From positions 13,640,001-13,704,000 of the forward strand of contig CM022667.1 in the NCBI GenBank assembly GCA_012295275.1: DNA of 64,000 bases. The letters are read 5' to 3'. Source of the stretch: Chrysomallon squamiferum (Eukaryota > Animalia > Mollusca). The translations under genes were made by a program, and so were the position numbers. Under the pieces are notes generated by a model, which did not search any database, was not told where the DNA came from, and saw only the letters and a list, made by a program, of their open reading frames with translations. Shown piece by piece: positions 33,624 to 49,196 of this stretch. Every line of letters starts with the position of its first letter. The first letter of the stretch is position 1.

Positions 33624-34058
33624 GAGAAACATATGGTACTGAATAGTAAAAGAAACAAAATTGAATTAGTTAAAAATTGCCAGAAAATTTCATAGTAAAT
33701 AAACATCAGAATATTAATAAAATACAAAAGAAATAATAAATGCTGATATTAAAACCCATTCTATCAACTGACACAATACATTATTTTATTTACTGAATTT
33801 TTTTATGATAACAACAACAAGCAAAGTAGAGAGCATTTAATAAATAAATAAGTAAACAAATAAATAAAGTATGAAACTGTATTTTGGAAAATCGATAAAA
33901 AAAAAATTGTTTGCTTAGTGAATACATCTCACGTAAGGGACCTAACTCTAATCTGGGCTCGTGAACACATATCACTTAAGGGAGATAAGTCTAATCCACA
34001 TGATTTTAATTTGCTTAGTATATATATATATATATATATAAAATATCATATAACATGC

Positions 34059-34102
<44 letters not shown>

Positions 34103-34999
34103 TATATGGTACTGAATAGTAAAAGAAACAAAATTGAATTAGTTAAAAATTGCCAGAAAATTTCATAGTAAATAAACATCAGAATGTTAATAAAATACAA
34201 AAGAAATAATAAATGCTGATATTAAAACCCATTCTATCAACTGACACAATACATTATTTTATTTACTGAATTTTTTTTTTTAACATAACAACAACAAGCA
34301 AAGTAGAGAGCATTTAATAAATAAATAAGTAAACAAATAAATAAAGTATGAAACTGTATTTTGGAAAATCGATAAAAAAATGTGTTTGCTTAGTGAATAC
34401 ATCTCACGTAAGGGACCTAACTCTAATCTGGGCTCGTGAACACATATCACTAAAGGGAGATAAGTCTAATCCACATGATTTTAATTTGCTTAGTATATAT
34501 ATATATATATACAAACAAACATGCAAATACACAACACACACACACACACACACACATACAGAGAAACATATGGTACTGAAATAGTAAAAAAAGAAACAAA
34601 ATTGAATTAGTTAAAAATTGCCAGAAAATTTCATAGTAAATAAACATCAGAATATTAATAAAATACAAAAGAAATAATAAATGCTGATATTAAAAACCCA
34701 TTCTATCAACTGACACAATACATTATTTTATTTACTGAATTTTTTATGATAACAACAACAAGCAAAGTAGAGAGCATTTAATAAATAAATAAGTAAACAA
34801 ATAAATAAAGTATGAAACTGTATTTTGGAAAATCGATAAAAAAAAAATTGTTTTGCTTAGTGAATACATCTCACGTAAGGGACCTAACTCTAATCTGGGC
34901 TCGTGAACACATATCACTAAAGGGAGATAAGTCTAATCCACATGATTTTAATTTGCTTAGTATATATATATATATATATATATATACAAACATGCAAAT

Positions 35000-35056
<57 letters not shown>

Positions 35057-35451
35057 GAGAAACATATGGTACTGAATAGTAAAAGAAACAAAATTGAATT
35101 AGTTAAAAATTGCCAGAAAATTTCATAGTAAATAAACATCAGAATATTAATAAAATACAAAAGAAATAATAAATGCTGATATTAAAAACCCATTCTATCA
35201 ACTGACACAATACATTATTTTATTTACTGAATTTTTTTATGATAACAACAACAAGCAAAGTAGAGAGCATTTAATAAATAAATAAGTAAACAAATAAATA
35301 AAGTATGAAACTGTATTTTGGAAAATCGATAAAAAAAATTGTTTTGCTTAGTGAATACATCTCACGTAAGGGACCTAACTCTAATCTGGGCTCGTGAACA
35401 CATATCACTTAAGGGAGATAAGTCTAATCCACATGATTTTAATTTGCTTAG

Positions 35452-35482
<31 letters not shown>

Positions 35483-35492
35483 AAACATGCAA

Positions 35493-35535
<43 letters not shown>

Positions 35536-35961
35536 GAGAAACATATGGTACTGAATAGTAAAAGAAACAAAATTGAATTAGTTAAAAATTGCCAGAAAAT
35601 TTCATAGTAAATAAACATCAGAATATTAATAAAATACAAAAGAAATAATAAATGCTGATATTAAAAACCCATTCTATCAACTGACACAATACATTATTTT
35701 ATTTACTGAATTTTTTATGATAACAACAACAAGCAAAGTAGAGAGCATTTAATAAATAAATAAGTAAACAAATAAATAAAGTATGAAACTGTATTTTGGA
35801 AAATCGATAAAAAAAATTGTTTGCTTAGTGAATACATCTCACGTAAGGGACCTAACTCTAATCTGGGCTCGTGAACACATATCACTTAAGGGAGATAAGT
35901 CTAATCCACATGATTTTAATTTGGTTAGTATATATATATATATATATATATAAACATGCAA

Positions 35962-35997
<36 letters not shown>

Positions 35998-36392
35998 AGA
36001 AACATATGGTACTGAATAGTAAAAGAAACAAAATTGAATTAGTTAAAAATTGCCAGAAAATTTCATAGTAAATAAACATCAGAATATTAATAAAATACGA
36101 AAGAAATAATAAATGCTGATGTTAAAAACCCATTCTATCAACTGACACAATACATTATTTTATTTACTGAATTTTTTTATGATAACAACAACAACAAAGT
36201 AAAGTAGATTTAATAAAATAAATAAATAAAAACAAATAAATAAAGTATGAAACTGTATTTTGGAAAATCGATAAAAAAAATTGTTTGCTTAGTGAATACA
36301 TCTCACGTAAGGGACCTAACTCTAATCTGGGCTCGTGAACACATATCACTTAAGGGAGATAAGTCTAATCCACATGATTTTAATTTGCTTAG

Positions 36393-36424
<32 letters not shown>

Positions 36425-36438
36425 TATATAACATGCAA

Positions 36439-36469
<31 letters not shown>

Positions 36470-36526
36470 GAGAAACATATGGTACTGAATAGTAAAAGAA
36501 ACAAAATTGAATTAGTTAAAAATTGC
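25130..36526. repeat. Tandem satellite array, 24 units of ~472 bp, each with embedded (TA)n and (CA)n
   Basis: Marker gtgaatacatctcacgtaagggacc occurs 24 times from 25442 to 36292 (mean spacing ~472). Units are near-identical apart from microsatellite/homopolymer length and a few SNPs. Confidence 0.97.
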
Positions 36527-37358
36527 AGAATCTTTGTTTCATGTTCATAGTAAATCAACTCTTATCCTAACTAAACTGTTCTGCTTTATTTCACTTCATA
36601 ATAAGCTAATGTTAATCTGAACTCATGAAATACACATCGTTAGAATTCCATTTTAAATAATAAAAATAATAACAATAAAAATAAATTAAGAGAAAAAAGA
36701 TTTTAAAAGGAATCATTTTTGTTTGAGTCAGAAGGGGCAGCTGTAGAAATTTAGTGGCATAGAGAAGTAGTCTCAAGCACGTTCTGTCACAGCATCAATT
36801 TTCCTTGAAGCCCCTGTTGGGATGTTTCTCATTCTAGCCAGAAACCCATAACAGGTTTCAAAGTAAAAGCTGTGACAAGAATTTGGCTATGAAAATGTTA
36901 TCATAGAACTGTTTATGTATAGTTTTTTCCCCAGACATTTTATTTTGATCTTTCAAGTTAAGATGGTCTGGCATTTGTATTTATTTGAAAAATAAATATT
37001 GTCTGGCTACTTATTTTTGTCTAGCTTTAAATAACATTTGATTAAGATGTGTCTGTGTGTGACAGGAAGGACTTTTTACTGTCGAGCAATGATGTAAAAC
37101 ATTAAACTGAAAATTAAGAAACTGTTTTATTAATTAAAAATGGGAAGGTCTATGTAAAATACTTTTTATTGCTAATTACAAAAGTCTGACTCATTGCATT
37201 GCAGAGCTGGCTTCCTCTCTCTCCTCTATTTTATCCTTACTTATTGTTTATAACTGTATTTTACAAATGTGTTGAGTGAAACAATTCTTCCTTCCTTTAA
37301 TTCAAACATTTTGTTATTACATACTAATATATAAAATGTAAAAATTAAAAATTATTTT

Positions 37359-37401
<43 letters not shown>

Positions 37402-40400
37402 TATTTTATTCAGTTCAACTATTACTTCATCAAGAATTAATTTTCTGTTGTTATTTAACAATGCAGTCCATGCATTTCTTAATTGTATTTATTTTTGACA
37501 GTTTTATATTACATTTTCTTCCCATCCAAACAATCAGATAATACTTCTGTTAATATTCTTGTTGTTAATCAGTTCACACTTCTTCCACTGTCTGCCAGGC
37601 TCATCTTGGTGTGTTTTCAGTGAAACTGTCTTCTAATCAGATCTTGACATCTAGGTTTATTGGTTAGTGTGAGAGACGAACCACTGTGAAACAAATAGGC
37701 TAATATTGAAGAATGATGTCCATTGTGTGAAATCACACAGTATAAAAAAAATGTATGGAGTCCTGGAATTATGACCAACCTGGTCAGTGGGCCAAACACA
37801 ATTAGGACAAATTAAGATTAAAGATGCTATTTTCACTGTCCTGGTGTTACTGCCTTATATATATATATATATAAACATGTCTTTTATGTCCCTGTTATAT
37901 CTGTCTGTGGTTATGTCAGTCTATCTGAGTATCCACTGATTTGTCTTCAAATGGTCACTCTTTGTGTGATTGTTAGTGTGTGCCTATCTGTCTGAATGTC
38001 TGTTTATTTGTTTTGCTTTTTGGTTCACTTTTAAATTTTTTTTATTTTTTTCTTATCCTTTTTTTTTTTTTTTGTCTTTGTTTTGTAAAAACAAAAATTC
38101 CATTTTAGCATATAATACAGAAATCTACAAATTAAATTTGATACAAACTTGTTTCATATGAAATTTTTCATCAGTTTGAGAAAACTGATTACAGTTGTAT
38201 GTGTTATCTGTATGAACTAGTTGATATTTCCATTATTATATGTCTATACTCAATTTTAATTAGGTTTATATACGCATGTATATTCCTGCAATTGAGGTTA
38301 ATTACAAATATACTATTATTATTATCCTCTCTCTCTCTGACTCTGAAAATATAATAATTATATGCTTTAACAGAACATATTAAATATGTATATGTTATGT
38401 ATATCTACCTTGCAAGATAATTAAATTATGTTGTACATTACATAAAATATCATAATAAACTGGTTTATTGATCCATCTTGCCTATGGCTTCCAAAAAACC
38501 ATTCTGAAGCCATTGATAAGTGTTCATCAAAAAAACAACTTAGCATCTTAAATTTATACTTCAGTTAATCAGAACATTCTGCTTCCTCGGGCAAAGAGAA
38601 ATTTATACAGTTAGAAATAATAGAAACAAAATAACCTTTCTCACACTATATAGATTAAAATAACTTGTACATTTTGCTAATGCTATTATTATAAGATTCA
38701 CTGTTATTAATTTAATCTCGTGAAATGGAAGAAAAATGGTACATTATAATAATAAAAAGTGTAAATTCTACAGATTGCAGAGCTCATTTGTACATTTTAT
38801 CTTTTCAAATATGAAGACTTTTGATAAATCACATATATGAGCACTTCCTGGAATGGGAAACAATTCCATATAGGCACATTTAATTCAAACCCTTTGATGC
38901 ATGCATCATATCTCAATATATAAAATGTAAAAATGAAAATTATTTTTGGCCATATATATATATTTCCCCACCTATATAAGGTGCACATTTAAATTCAACT
39001 ATTATGTTCCTGCTAATCGAAATGATAAGCTCACAAAGTCTTGTATTTATCTTGGCATCAGGTTTCCTCTCTAGTGACCATTATGAACTGAAACATAGAT
39101 AATGTAAGAGAATTTTATATTTAATTTATTTATTTATTTAAACAATCATTTTCTTTATTTATTTTGTTTATTTCAGTTTATTTTCCATTTTGCCAGTTTT
39201 CTTTTGTGTTTTCAGTTTTGTTTTAATTTATTTTGACATTTAGGTTTTTTGGTTTATTATATATATATTTTATTGCTTTGACCTTGAGATATTGATGTCC
39301 ATTGTGTGAAATGATATTGTAAAAAAACAACAAGTCCTTCTATTATGACCAAAATGGTATAAAGCATAAATTCATTAAAAGCACAACTATTTATTTGATT
39401 TTTGGGTGTGATAAGGTTTTCACAGAACTTGAATAATCTGATTTTCTTGGTTGTTTTATTGAACACAACACTTACAAATATTACTTTTAACAAATAAATG
39501 TAGAACTGGAAGAAAATGAAGAGCTCTTCAAACCACGCCCAGAACTCAGAACTATTCACTTTAATTGGGTACCAAGAACTTGGAGTGCTGAAGATAACAG
39601 AAATTGATTCTTTTCATAGAAAATTTCAGCTGTAAGAAAAACAAAATCTATAAGAAATTTGGTTCTGATTTAAAAAAAAAAATAATAATATAATTATTAT
39701 TATTATTATTATAACAGTAGCAACAACAAGAATAATAATAATAATATTTTTATATGTATTTTATTTTTTTATAATATATTTACAGTTAGCAAACAGAGCA
39801 TTATTTCTGTCCTTAATGACATATTAAATTTTCTCTGTCAGTCTTTGATTTAAGATTTTATTTTGAAACCTTAAATGTGCCTCAGTATTCCTGATGGATT
39901 AGGACTGAAATGTTATTGAGTAATAAAAAATATATAAAGATGTATGGTTCAGTGAGTGAGAAAATAAACTCTCGAAAATAGAGAGTTTAAAAGCACTTTA
40001 AATTGACACTTGGGAAAAAAATATGTTAAAAAGAAGAGAACAAAAAATAACATTTGTCTGATACAGAGCTGCTACTGAATAAATAAACATATAAATATTT
40101 TATATACAATTTATCTTAAATTGTTTTCAAAACTGAAAAAAAAAAGAAGGAAGAAGAGAGAAAAAAGACAAAAATGAATAAAAGGAACAAACACACACAT
40201 ATACCTACACAGAGATGCACACACATTAAGATACACTAATATACACAGACACATTATACTTTATTTTATTTTATTATGAATTGCAGACAATGATAAAACA
40301 TCAAATATTTAATATTATTTGATTACATTTTCAATGACTTGACTGCAAATGAAATAAATGTTTAATACTCTTTTGTACTGTTAAAGCTTAGATAATTCGT

Positions 40401-40922
40401 TATTTTCTAAACTGCTTTCATTTTTCTTTTTCCTAGATGCATCATTTCTCTTTTTAAATTTAAAATATTATACTTTATATATTATTTTTTATGATTTTTT
40501 TCTGATCATTATTATTCCTTCTTTTTTCGATTATTTTCTTCTTTTTATAATCTTTTCTCCTTTTTCACATTATTTTTATGATTTATTTTTTTTATTAAAA
40601 ATAATTTGAATTTTTTTTTTATATATAAAACTGATATTGTTAAATAATAGATATTGATTTCAATGTCAGATTTCTCTTTTTGCCATTACTGATATCACAG
40701 TGTTTTAGGTCACAGATGTATTTGACTTCTGTTTGCCTTTCTACGTCAATCATATTACTGTAAGATATTCAGTTAAGGGATGTAGCTTGCACTCTGACAG
40801 TATGCCCAAAGGACCATTTCTGCCCATACCCCAATCCACCCAAAACCCAGAACTGGCTTGTTGATAACTGTTAGAAATGATGATCCAATGTTTCTTCTTT
40901 CTCCAGTCATAATAAAAAATAA

Positions 40923-40971
<49 letters not shown>

Positions 40972-41606
40972 AAATTAAAATTAGACAAAAAAGATAAAAA
41001 TATGTTTGACATTAACAAGAATTAGTATTAAAGTATATACAGGTTACAAACAAGGATTCATGCAAAAAAAATAATTGTTTTTTTTAATGTTAATAAATAG
41101 TCATATTTCATTTTATCATGATGTTTGGTTTAGTAGAGGCAGTAATACTAGGAGAAGTAGCAAGTAGTAGAACTAATAGTTGTATCTGTAGTAGTGATAG
41201 AAACTGTAGTAGCAGCAGCAGTAATGATAGTAGTAGTGGTAGAAAATAATACTAGTACTAGTACTAGTGATAATAATACTAGCATTATTAACAGCCTAGA
41301 CATAATATAGTAGTTTTATTTAATTAATTTCTTTTTCACAGTAATTTAATAAAGACATATTTAAATATTTCCTTATATCTATTTCTTTGACAAAAACAGA
41401 ATATTTTGCTAAGGATTGGTTTTTGGCAATCATAAAACATCATATTAAACATACCAGTAGTGTAAAGAAGTAATCTAATGAGTCTGTGTCTGAATACACA
41501 CATGCATTCATGCATGCAAGCAGCTACACACACATACATACATTTACATACATAAACACAAATGCAGACAGATCGACCTACAATAATAAAACATCTAGTT
41601 AATATA

Positions 41607-41648
<42 letters not shown>

Positions 41649-41921
41649 TCCAAAAATATTTCCTACTTACCTCTTAATATAAATATGTATGTACTTTTAG
41701 AATCAAAATAGAGGTTCATACCCTAATTTTAACCACATTTTTACTCCTAGATTTTTCTGAAGAAAAATACAACATTGAAACAAAAGAACAAAAAAAAAAT
41801 CAATATACTGAGCAAAAACCTAATAGCAAGAGCTTGACATGCTCAGCAATATTACTAATTCAGTAACTAGATTTTGAAGATTATCATTGATGATGATGAT
41901 GACAAAAATAATGCATGCAGC

Positions 41922-42004
<83 letters not shown>

Positions 42005-43641
42005 AGCAAATTCATGAATACTTTTCTGCAGTTTTACTACAGAAGAGGACATCCAAAACCAAGATTCCTTTGATGAGAAAGGTTCTCATTTTTAGCTGTT
42101 AACTTAATTATTTACAACTACCAGTTCTTTTCAATAAAGCAAATAAAAGTCTACGAAACTAAGCTACTAATTAGTATCAAACAATTGAAAACATTTAGAC
42201 AGAAATTTAACTTTAGCAAAAATGTGGTATGAAGCCGATACACTTGAACACGTTCAGTATAATTGTTGAAGTCTCCAAAAGAGTTTACTTTTTAATGACT
42301 ACATTTATTAAGGTTTGACTCTATCTAATAATCAATATCTGTAAATAGAAAACAAACAATTACTGTAAAAGTGGCCGTCAGCTTTCCTCTGTTGATATCA
42401 ACGATCGTGACTAATATTATGGTAATTATGATAATGAATAAAACATTTTCTTATACAGTATTGGTGCCGATGTCCATAGAAAATGTAAAATAAATAAATA
42501 AACACAACAGAAATTAATTCTGACTAACTTGTTGTTAATGATGATACTCAGAAAACACATTTTTCTAGTATATGGTACTGTTATAACTACATATATTTCA
42601 ATCAACAACAGAGCAAATCATTATTATTCAAAATTCAGAATTGGAATTTAATTTTTTATCATTCAGAGACGGCTATAAATGTATACAAAATCAATGAATC
42701 AGTGTGAACCGATATTTGGTTTCACAGCAGTCAATTGTCTTAAATGTGATTTTATTACTTTATTTAATTTAGTTTTATTTTATTTTATTTAGTTACTTTT
42801 ATTATTTATTGTCGATGAGTTTAATTTTTGAATTATTATTCTTTTGTTTTACTTTTTTTCTCTCTCTCTCTCTAGTTATTTTTATATGTCGTTTTTTTTA
42901 TGATATGTTTATTTTAATTTAGTTTACTTTAGTGTCGGTTTTTGTTATGATTGTTTTTGTCGTTGTCGTTGTTGTGTTTTCTCACTTCTGAAGATTATGA
43001 AATTTATTCTGATGCTGAAAATAAATACATTTGATAAAATACATATTCCCTGCTGTAGATGAATATAAGCAGGTTGTTGATGTTGTCGTCCTTATTATTA
43101 ATCATCTAGAACGGGATATATGTTTTTCGTACATACTTATATTCTTGTATAAGAGAATATCATGTTTCCTTTAAATATGTTTCGTTAGTAATAGTACTAT
43201 TACTATTTGTAGTAGTACTTGTTGTGGTGGTTGTTGTTGCTGTTGTAACTGTAGTACAAAAAAAAAGGATTCGTTTAATATAATCGGAAGTAACAGACAA
43301 CGTTACAAGGAATTTACTTACATTTTTTTGTATTGTTTATGTTGACATGTTTTTAGTAGAGCAGAAACACTGAAAATTTAATTAATTAATTGTAACTTTT
43401 GAACTACAACTATTCCTGCTCTGAATTTTTAATTCATGAAACGCTCTTGACGACGAAACATTTTGATTAAGGAATGAGTAAGTCTGTTTTAGACAACTAT
43501 TTTATTTTAATCAATCTCATCATAACATCAGAATCATATAATTTTTTATAAATCACTGATTCATTAAAGATTAAAACAAATGAACTGATTTGTTAGTTTC
43601 ATCTGTAACAGTATCAAATTTGGATTCTATAATACAGAAAA

Positions 43642-43862
43642 TCACATTGGTTTCTCACAAATGTAATTTTCTTCTGTAGAACACAAGACATCATGCCATG
43701 TGTTTAAAGGAAAACCTAACGTAACACAGACCTCGTCCAAAATATTATTGTAAGATTCACTGGTTCCCCAATTGAAAAACACTGCCTAATTTCCGTCCTG
43801 CCAAACATAAACTCCTTCTGTAACAGCATCAGTCAGTCCGATGGATAAATATTCACCTGTGT
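43642..43862 (-). pseudogene. Orphan C-type lectin exon 4 (copy D) with premature stop
   Basis: 221-nt exon DTGEYLSIGLTDAVTEGVYVWQDGN*AVFFNWGTSESYNNILDEVCV...WHDVLC...YICEKPM*; TAG at 43788-43786; EP motif lost; no exons 1-3 of its own upstream. Confidence 0.88.
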
Positions 43863-43974
43863 CTGAATAACAATCAGAGATATAATAAAAATACCAATGA
43901 CAATAAAAAGAGCGACAACAACAAGAACAACAACGACAACAATAACAATAACAATAACAACAACAACAAAAAAC

Positions 43975-44007
<33 letters not shown>

Positions 44008-44023
44008 TAATAATAACAATTAT

Positions 44024-44077
<54 letters not shown>

Positions 44078-44137
44078 GTGTGTAGGTTACAACTTTATGT
44101 ATTTTTTCAAAACGCTCAGCATATAGGATCTGGTGTG

Positions 44138-45316
44138 ATAAGTTTAGCAATTACGTGCAAGATACGAAATACAGCCTGATTGGATATTGATTTTATTTGT
44201 ACACATTATTTCATTGATACAGCATTTCTGAATGTGGCCAGCAGTAGTAACACGTCGTCACGGTGTCAGCGTCATTGCTTTAATGTGAGCTGATGAAATG
44301 GAGGGGTACATCTAATAAAATGGTGAGAGAGGCTCAGTAAGGTGTGTGTCCACTAGAGCATTGATGACAGCAGTACATCGTCGTCTCATGCTTCTGATCA
44401 TATCATTAATCTCAGGAACAGTAATTGGGTTCAGAGCAATTTGTAGAACAAGGACATTAAAGATATGAGGATGGTTTTCGTATACCCTACGGCCCAGTAG
44501 GTCCCATGCATCCTCAATTTGGGATCAACTCGGCGGACTTTGGTGGCCAGTTCAATGTCGTTCCGCTCAAGAAGATTAGTGGTGGTCTAGCATTGTCATT
44601 TTGAAACAGAAAGCCAGGATGCTGAATGGAATGACTGAACCCATTGTCTGCGTAGCAAGTGTTGGTGTATTGTGGCCTATCTCAGACGTTCCTGAACGTG
44701 ACGCGCTGTCAGGGGAACAGCTACGACAGGGCGACGTGCTTGTAAACCAGCAGCATGGAGACGACTGCGGAAAGTTTGAGCATGAATTCTAGTGCCTGTG
44801 GTTTCCTGTAACGTACGTGCTAAAGTGGAGCACTTTCGAACCTGTGATGTCGAGATGACGTCACTAAATACCTATGTTCCCATAGTTGTTAATCGTGGTC
44901 TACCAGAACGTGGTCGATCTCGAACTTGCCCAATTTGGTGTACTCGTTGTTGGAGTCGTTATATGGTACTGTCATCAACAGGAAGGTACTGAGCGACATC
45001 GTGTATCCGTTGGCCGGCGTTAAGCCGTCCCCTTACTTCATGACGTTGATTTTCCGTTATGTCTGGACGACGTTATAAACAGGATAAATTCTTCCTTTTG
45101 TTTTTGGATCATGGTGTGTCAGTGCATCAGAATATGATTTCAATACATTCGTGTGCACGTGCAGTATACATAGCAGGGTGCGATATAACAAACTGTTCTC
45201 TTTCACTTGCCCAGAGCGACTGGGCATATGCAGCTAACGTATTACCAAGATTTATCACTTTATTTTAAATTATTTAGAAGCTACAAACGTTTGATACAAA
45301 CTTTTTGGGTTAAGTA
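44138..45316 (-). mobile_element. Decayed Tc1 transposon, copy 2
   Basis: Homologous to 7200-8372; retains RDRPRSGRPR, FQNDNARP and RLR*ATIHQHLLRRQWV. The left TIR is partly lost; flanks are the same as copy 1. Confidence 0.87.
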
Positions 45317-48300
45317 TAATTCCTAAATATGTCGATTTTTAAACAATGTATTGTGATATCAGAATGCTGATATTAGTTATTAACTGAAATGAATTATTTT
45401 AAAGAAGTTAGTAGGGTTAATGTATGTTGTTGTACCAGTATTTTACACATAGAAATGCTCTATAGATGAGGTATTCAGTCGATAAAGAAAAAAAATGACT
45501 TGTCACAGGCGCCTACTATGGAAATGAGAACATATTACGTCGCTGTTGGATGTGTCAAGCACATTGACACAAAAACAGTTGGATGGAATGTATTTGCTGA
45601 ATGTGCATACATCTCTCACAAACCCTTTGGTGCAATTAGTATACACAATTTACACACTACAACATTATTAATTTCGTCAGAAATTTTAACTCCTGTTCTA
45701 TTTTATTTTTTGTTGTTCTTCTTCTTTTTATGTTGAATAAAGAGAAGTCTGGGAAAGCAAATGGAAACAGAAACAAAATAAACTTTTAAAAATCTAATTT
45801 TTATGTTTTATATTTTTAGTTTATATTTATTTTATCAAATTTGATGGCTGTGTTCTCGGAAAGAGAGTCACAAAATTCAGTGGAAATGGAATTTGCAATT
45901 TTTAAATATTGAATCTGTAAACTCTGAATATGAATGGTTTATTTATCTGAAAATGGGCGCATAATCAGTGACAGGTTGTGTAGAACCTACTTTAAGAAGC
46001 CCGGACTCTGTCTTGTGTGAAAACAATTCGTTTTTGATGTGGTGGTGAGCTAAATAACTATTTGTTTGTTCTTTGTCATAAAAAACTAAAATAAAATCAA
46101 AATAAATAAAAAAGTAACTTTAATGCAATCTGCAATAAGAACGAAAATGTTAGTTATTTAATAACTAATAATTCATTAAAGAAAAATTAAAAAGGAAATC
46201 TTATTCTATATGTTGTACATTGAAGTATGGTCTGTAATCCAGAGCCATGAAATATAAACATATTTTATATAGGTAATATAGCTTATCAGTGAGATAGATA
46301 GATACTATATCACTGAAGTATGTTATACAGCGTTTCTATTACTATGATTATTATTTTAGATCTAAACAGACACTGTAAAATATATAGTGTAAATGAATTT
46401 TGAATTGTAAATATTTATTTTTAAATGAACGATTAATGTATAATAAGATTTATATGTTAAAATCAAAAAAGCAGTGCAAATATAATTCATTCCTAATAGT
46501 TCAATGCGATAATTTCGTTCGGCTGTTTCATGAATATGAACTATATTGAAATAAAAAAAATTAAAAAGGGTTAAACAAAACAAAATTGAGCTGTTAACTT
46601 AGTTATTTACAACTGCCTGTTTACTTTAATAAAACAAATTAAATTCTAGGAAACTAAGCTACTAATTAGTATCAAACATTAGAAACAGTTCAACTAGAAA
46701 ACGTTTAGACAGAAATTTAACTTTAGCAAAAATGTTGTATGAAGCCGAAGCACATGAACACGTTCAGTATGATTGTTGCAGTCTCCCAAAGATTTTAATT
46801 TTTAATGACTACATTTATAAACCTTCGACTCTATCTGATAATCAATAAAGGTAAATAGAAAACAAACAATTACTGTAAAAGTGGACGTCAGCTTTCCTCT
46901 ATTGATATCAACGACCGTGACTAATATTATGGTAATTATGATAAAGAAAAAAAAAATTCTTATACAGTATTGGATTTCTATAGAAAATGTGAAATAAATA
47001 AATAAACAGAACAAAAATTAATTCTGGCTAACTTGTTGTTAATGATCATACTCAGAAAACACATGTAGTATATTGTACTGTTATATCTACCTATATTTCA
47101 ATCAACAACAGAGCAAATCATTATCATTCAAAATTTACAACTGGAATTTAATTTTTAATTATTCAGAGACGGCTCTAAATGTATACAAAATCAATAAATC
47201 AGTGTGAACCGATATTTGGTTTCACAGCAGTCAAATCTCTCAAATGTAATTTTATGATTTCATTTTACTTTATTTTATTTTATTTTGTTTTTTTTTTTTT
47301 ATTATTTATTGTCGATGAGTTTTATCTTTGAATTATTATTCTTCTGTTTTACTTTTCTCTCTCTCTCTATTTTTTTTTTTTATGTGTGATTTATTTAATT
47401 TAATTTAGTTTAATTTAGTGTCGCTTTTTATGATTGTTATTGTCGTTGTCGTTGTTGTGTTTTCTCACCTGTGAAGATTATGAAATTTATTCGGATGCCT
47501 ACTTAAAAATAAATACATTTGATAAAATACATATTCCCTGATGGAGATGAATATAAGCAGGTTGTTGATGTTGTCGTCCTTATTATTAATCATCTAGAAC
47601 GGGATATATGTTTTTCGATTATACTTTTATTCTTGTATAAGATAATATAATGTTTCCTTTAAATATGTTTCATTAGTAGTAGTACTATCTGTAGTAGTAC
47701 TTATTGTGGTGGTCGTTGTTGCTGTTGCAATTGTAGTACAAGAAAAAGGGATGTTTGTTTTCGCTGAGCTATTGTTTCTTTATTTGTTTCTTTATGTATC
47801 GATTTACTGTTCCATATGTAAATATATAAACTATCATTTGTTAATTGTAATTTTGATTACATCCATATGTCATGTATCTTTTGTAATTAACGATTTCAAA
47901 GTTTAATTAGGTTTCTTTTAATTCTGAATAACCTTTCTTGATTAAATGTTTGATTTAATTATAAAATGATAGAAATCAGTGCTGAGTATTCTCTAGTTAC
48001 GATCGGGTTACGTTTAAACTAATCTGAAGTAACTGACAACGTTACAAGTAATTTAATTACTTTTCTTTTATGTTGACGTAGTTATGTTGAGCAGAAAGAC
48101 TGAACATGCCGTTAATTAATTGTTGCTTTTGAACTACAACTATTCTTGCCGTGAATTTTTAGTTCATGAAATGCTCTTGACGATAAAACATTTTGACAAA
48201 GAATGAATAACTCTGTTTCAGACAATTATTTTGGTTTTAATCAACCAGATCATATCTATCAGAATCATCATTGTGTCAGAATTGATAAATTACTAATTCA

Positions 48301-48381
48301 TTAAAGATTTAAAAAATGAATGAACTGATTTTGTTAGTTTCATTGTAACAGTATCTGATTTGCATTCAATATTACAGAAGA

Positions 48382-49156
48382 TCACATTGGTTTCTCACAA
48401 ATGTAATTTTCTTTTGTAGAACACAAAACATCATGCCATTTGTTTAAAGGAAAACGTAACATAACACAGTCCTCGTTACCGTTACTATTGTGAGGTTCAT
48501 TGGTTCCCCAGTTGAAAAACACTGCCTGATTTCCGTCCTCCCAAACATACACGTCTTCTGTAACAACATCAGTCAGTCCGATGTATAAATATTCATCTGT
48601 TTCTGAATAATAATAACAGAACTAATAAAAGTACCAATGACCATAAAAACAGCGACAACGACGACAACAACAACAATAACAATAATAATAACAATCACTG
48701 GAAAATGTATTTAGTTTCAACTGGTGAAAAGTACAGTATTTATTACAGAAGCTTTTTTTGTCAAGTAAATAAAATAGTTGTAGATTTAGCAGTGGTAGTT
48801 GTATATCAATATTTATGTTCCTACCTATGTTTCCTTGGATGTAGTCACCAACAGCTGTGTTTTTCTCTTCTGTGTCCAGTACAATCAGTCTTGAACCTAT
48901 CTGACTGCAGGCGTCACGTGCTTCAGAAAATGTTTTCTGATCACTGAACACTTTGAAACATAGATTCAGTTTGTCCAGATAAACAAACCCATCTTCCACT
49001 GGACAGGAACCTGCCAGGAAATTATCATAATTTAGAAAAGGTTTTAAAATAATAATTCCTTTTCAGAATTAAGAATCATACTTACAATAAAGTCATATAT
49101 CGACTACTTTTTGTTACAAGGATAGTTTTTGAAATTTCTTTATAATCTTAGAAATG

Positions 49157-49196
<40 letters not shown>

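Noticed and set aside
25130-36526. CRISPR-like array
   Set aside because: Eukaryotic context, ~472-bp units, no unique spacers, no cas genes.
25397-36558. Repeated 60-97 aa ORFs (MKLYFGKS..., MYFINIL...) in the satellite
   Set aside because: Frames run through variable (TA)n/(CA)n and homopolymers and change from unit to unit; not conserved ORFs.
39500-39650. Good minus-strand acceptor (ttttcttacag at ~39631) followed by EIFYEKNQFLLSSALQVLGTQLK*
   Set aside because: Short, no recognisable domain and no partner exon identified; cannot be supported without transcripts.
40770-40910. GC-richer island with an 81-aa minus ORF / possible small exon
   Set aside because: No convincing splice pair or homology recognised.
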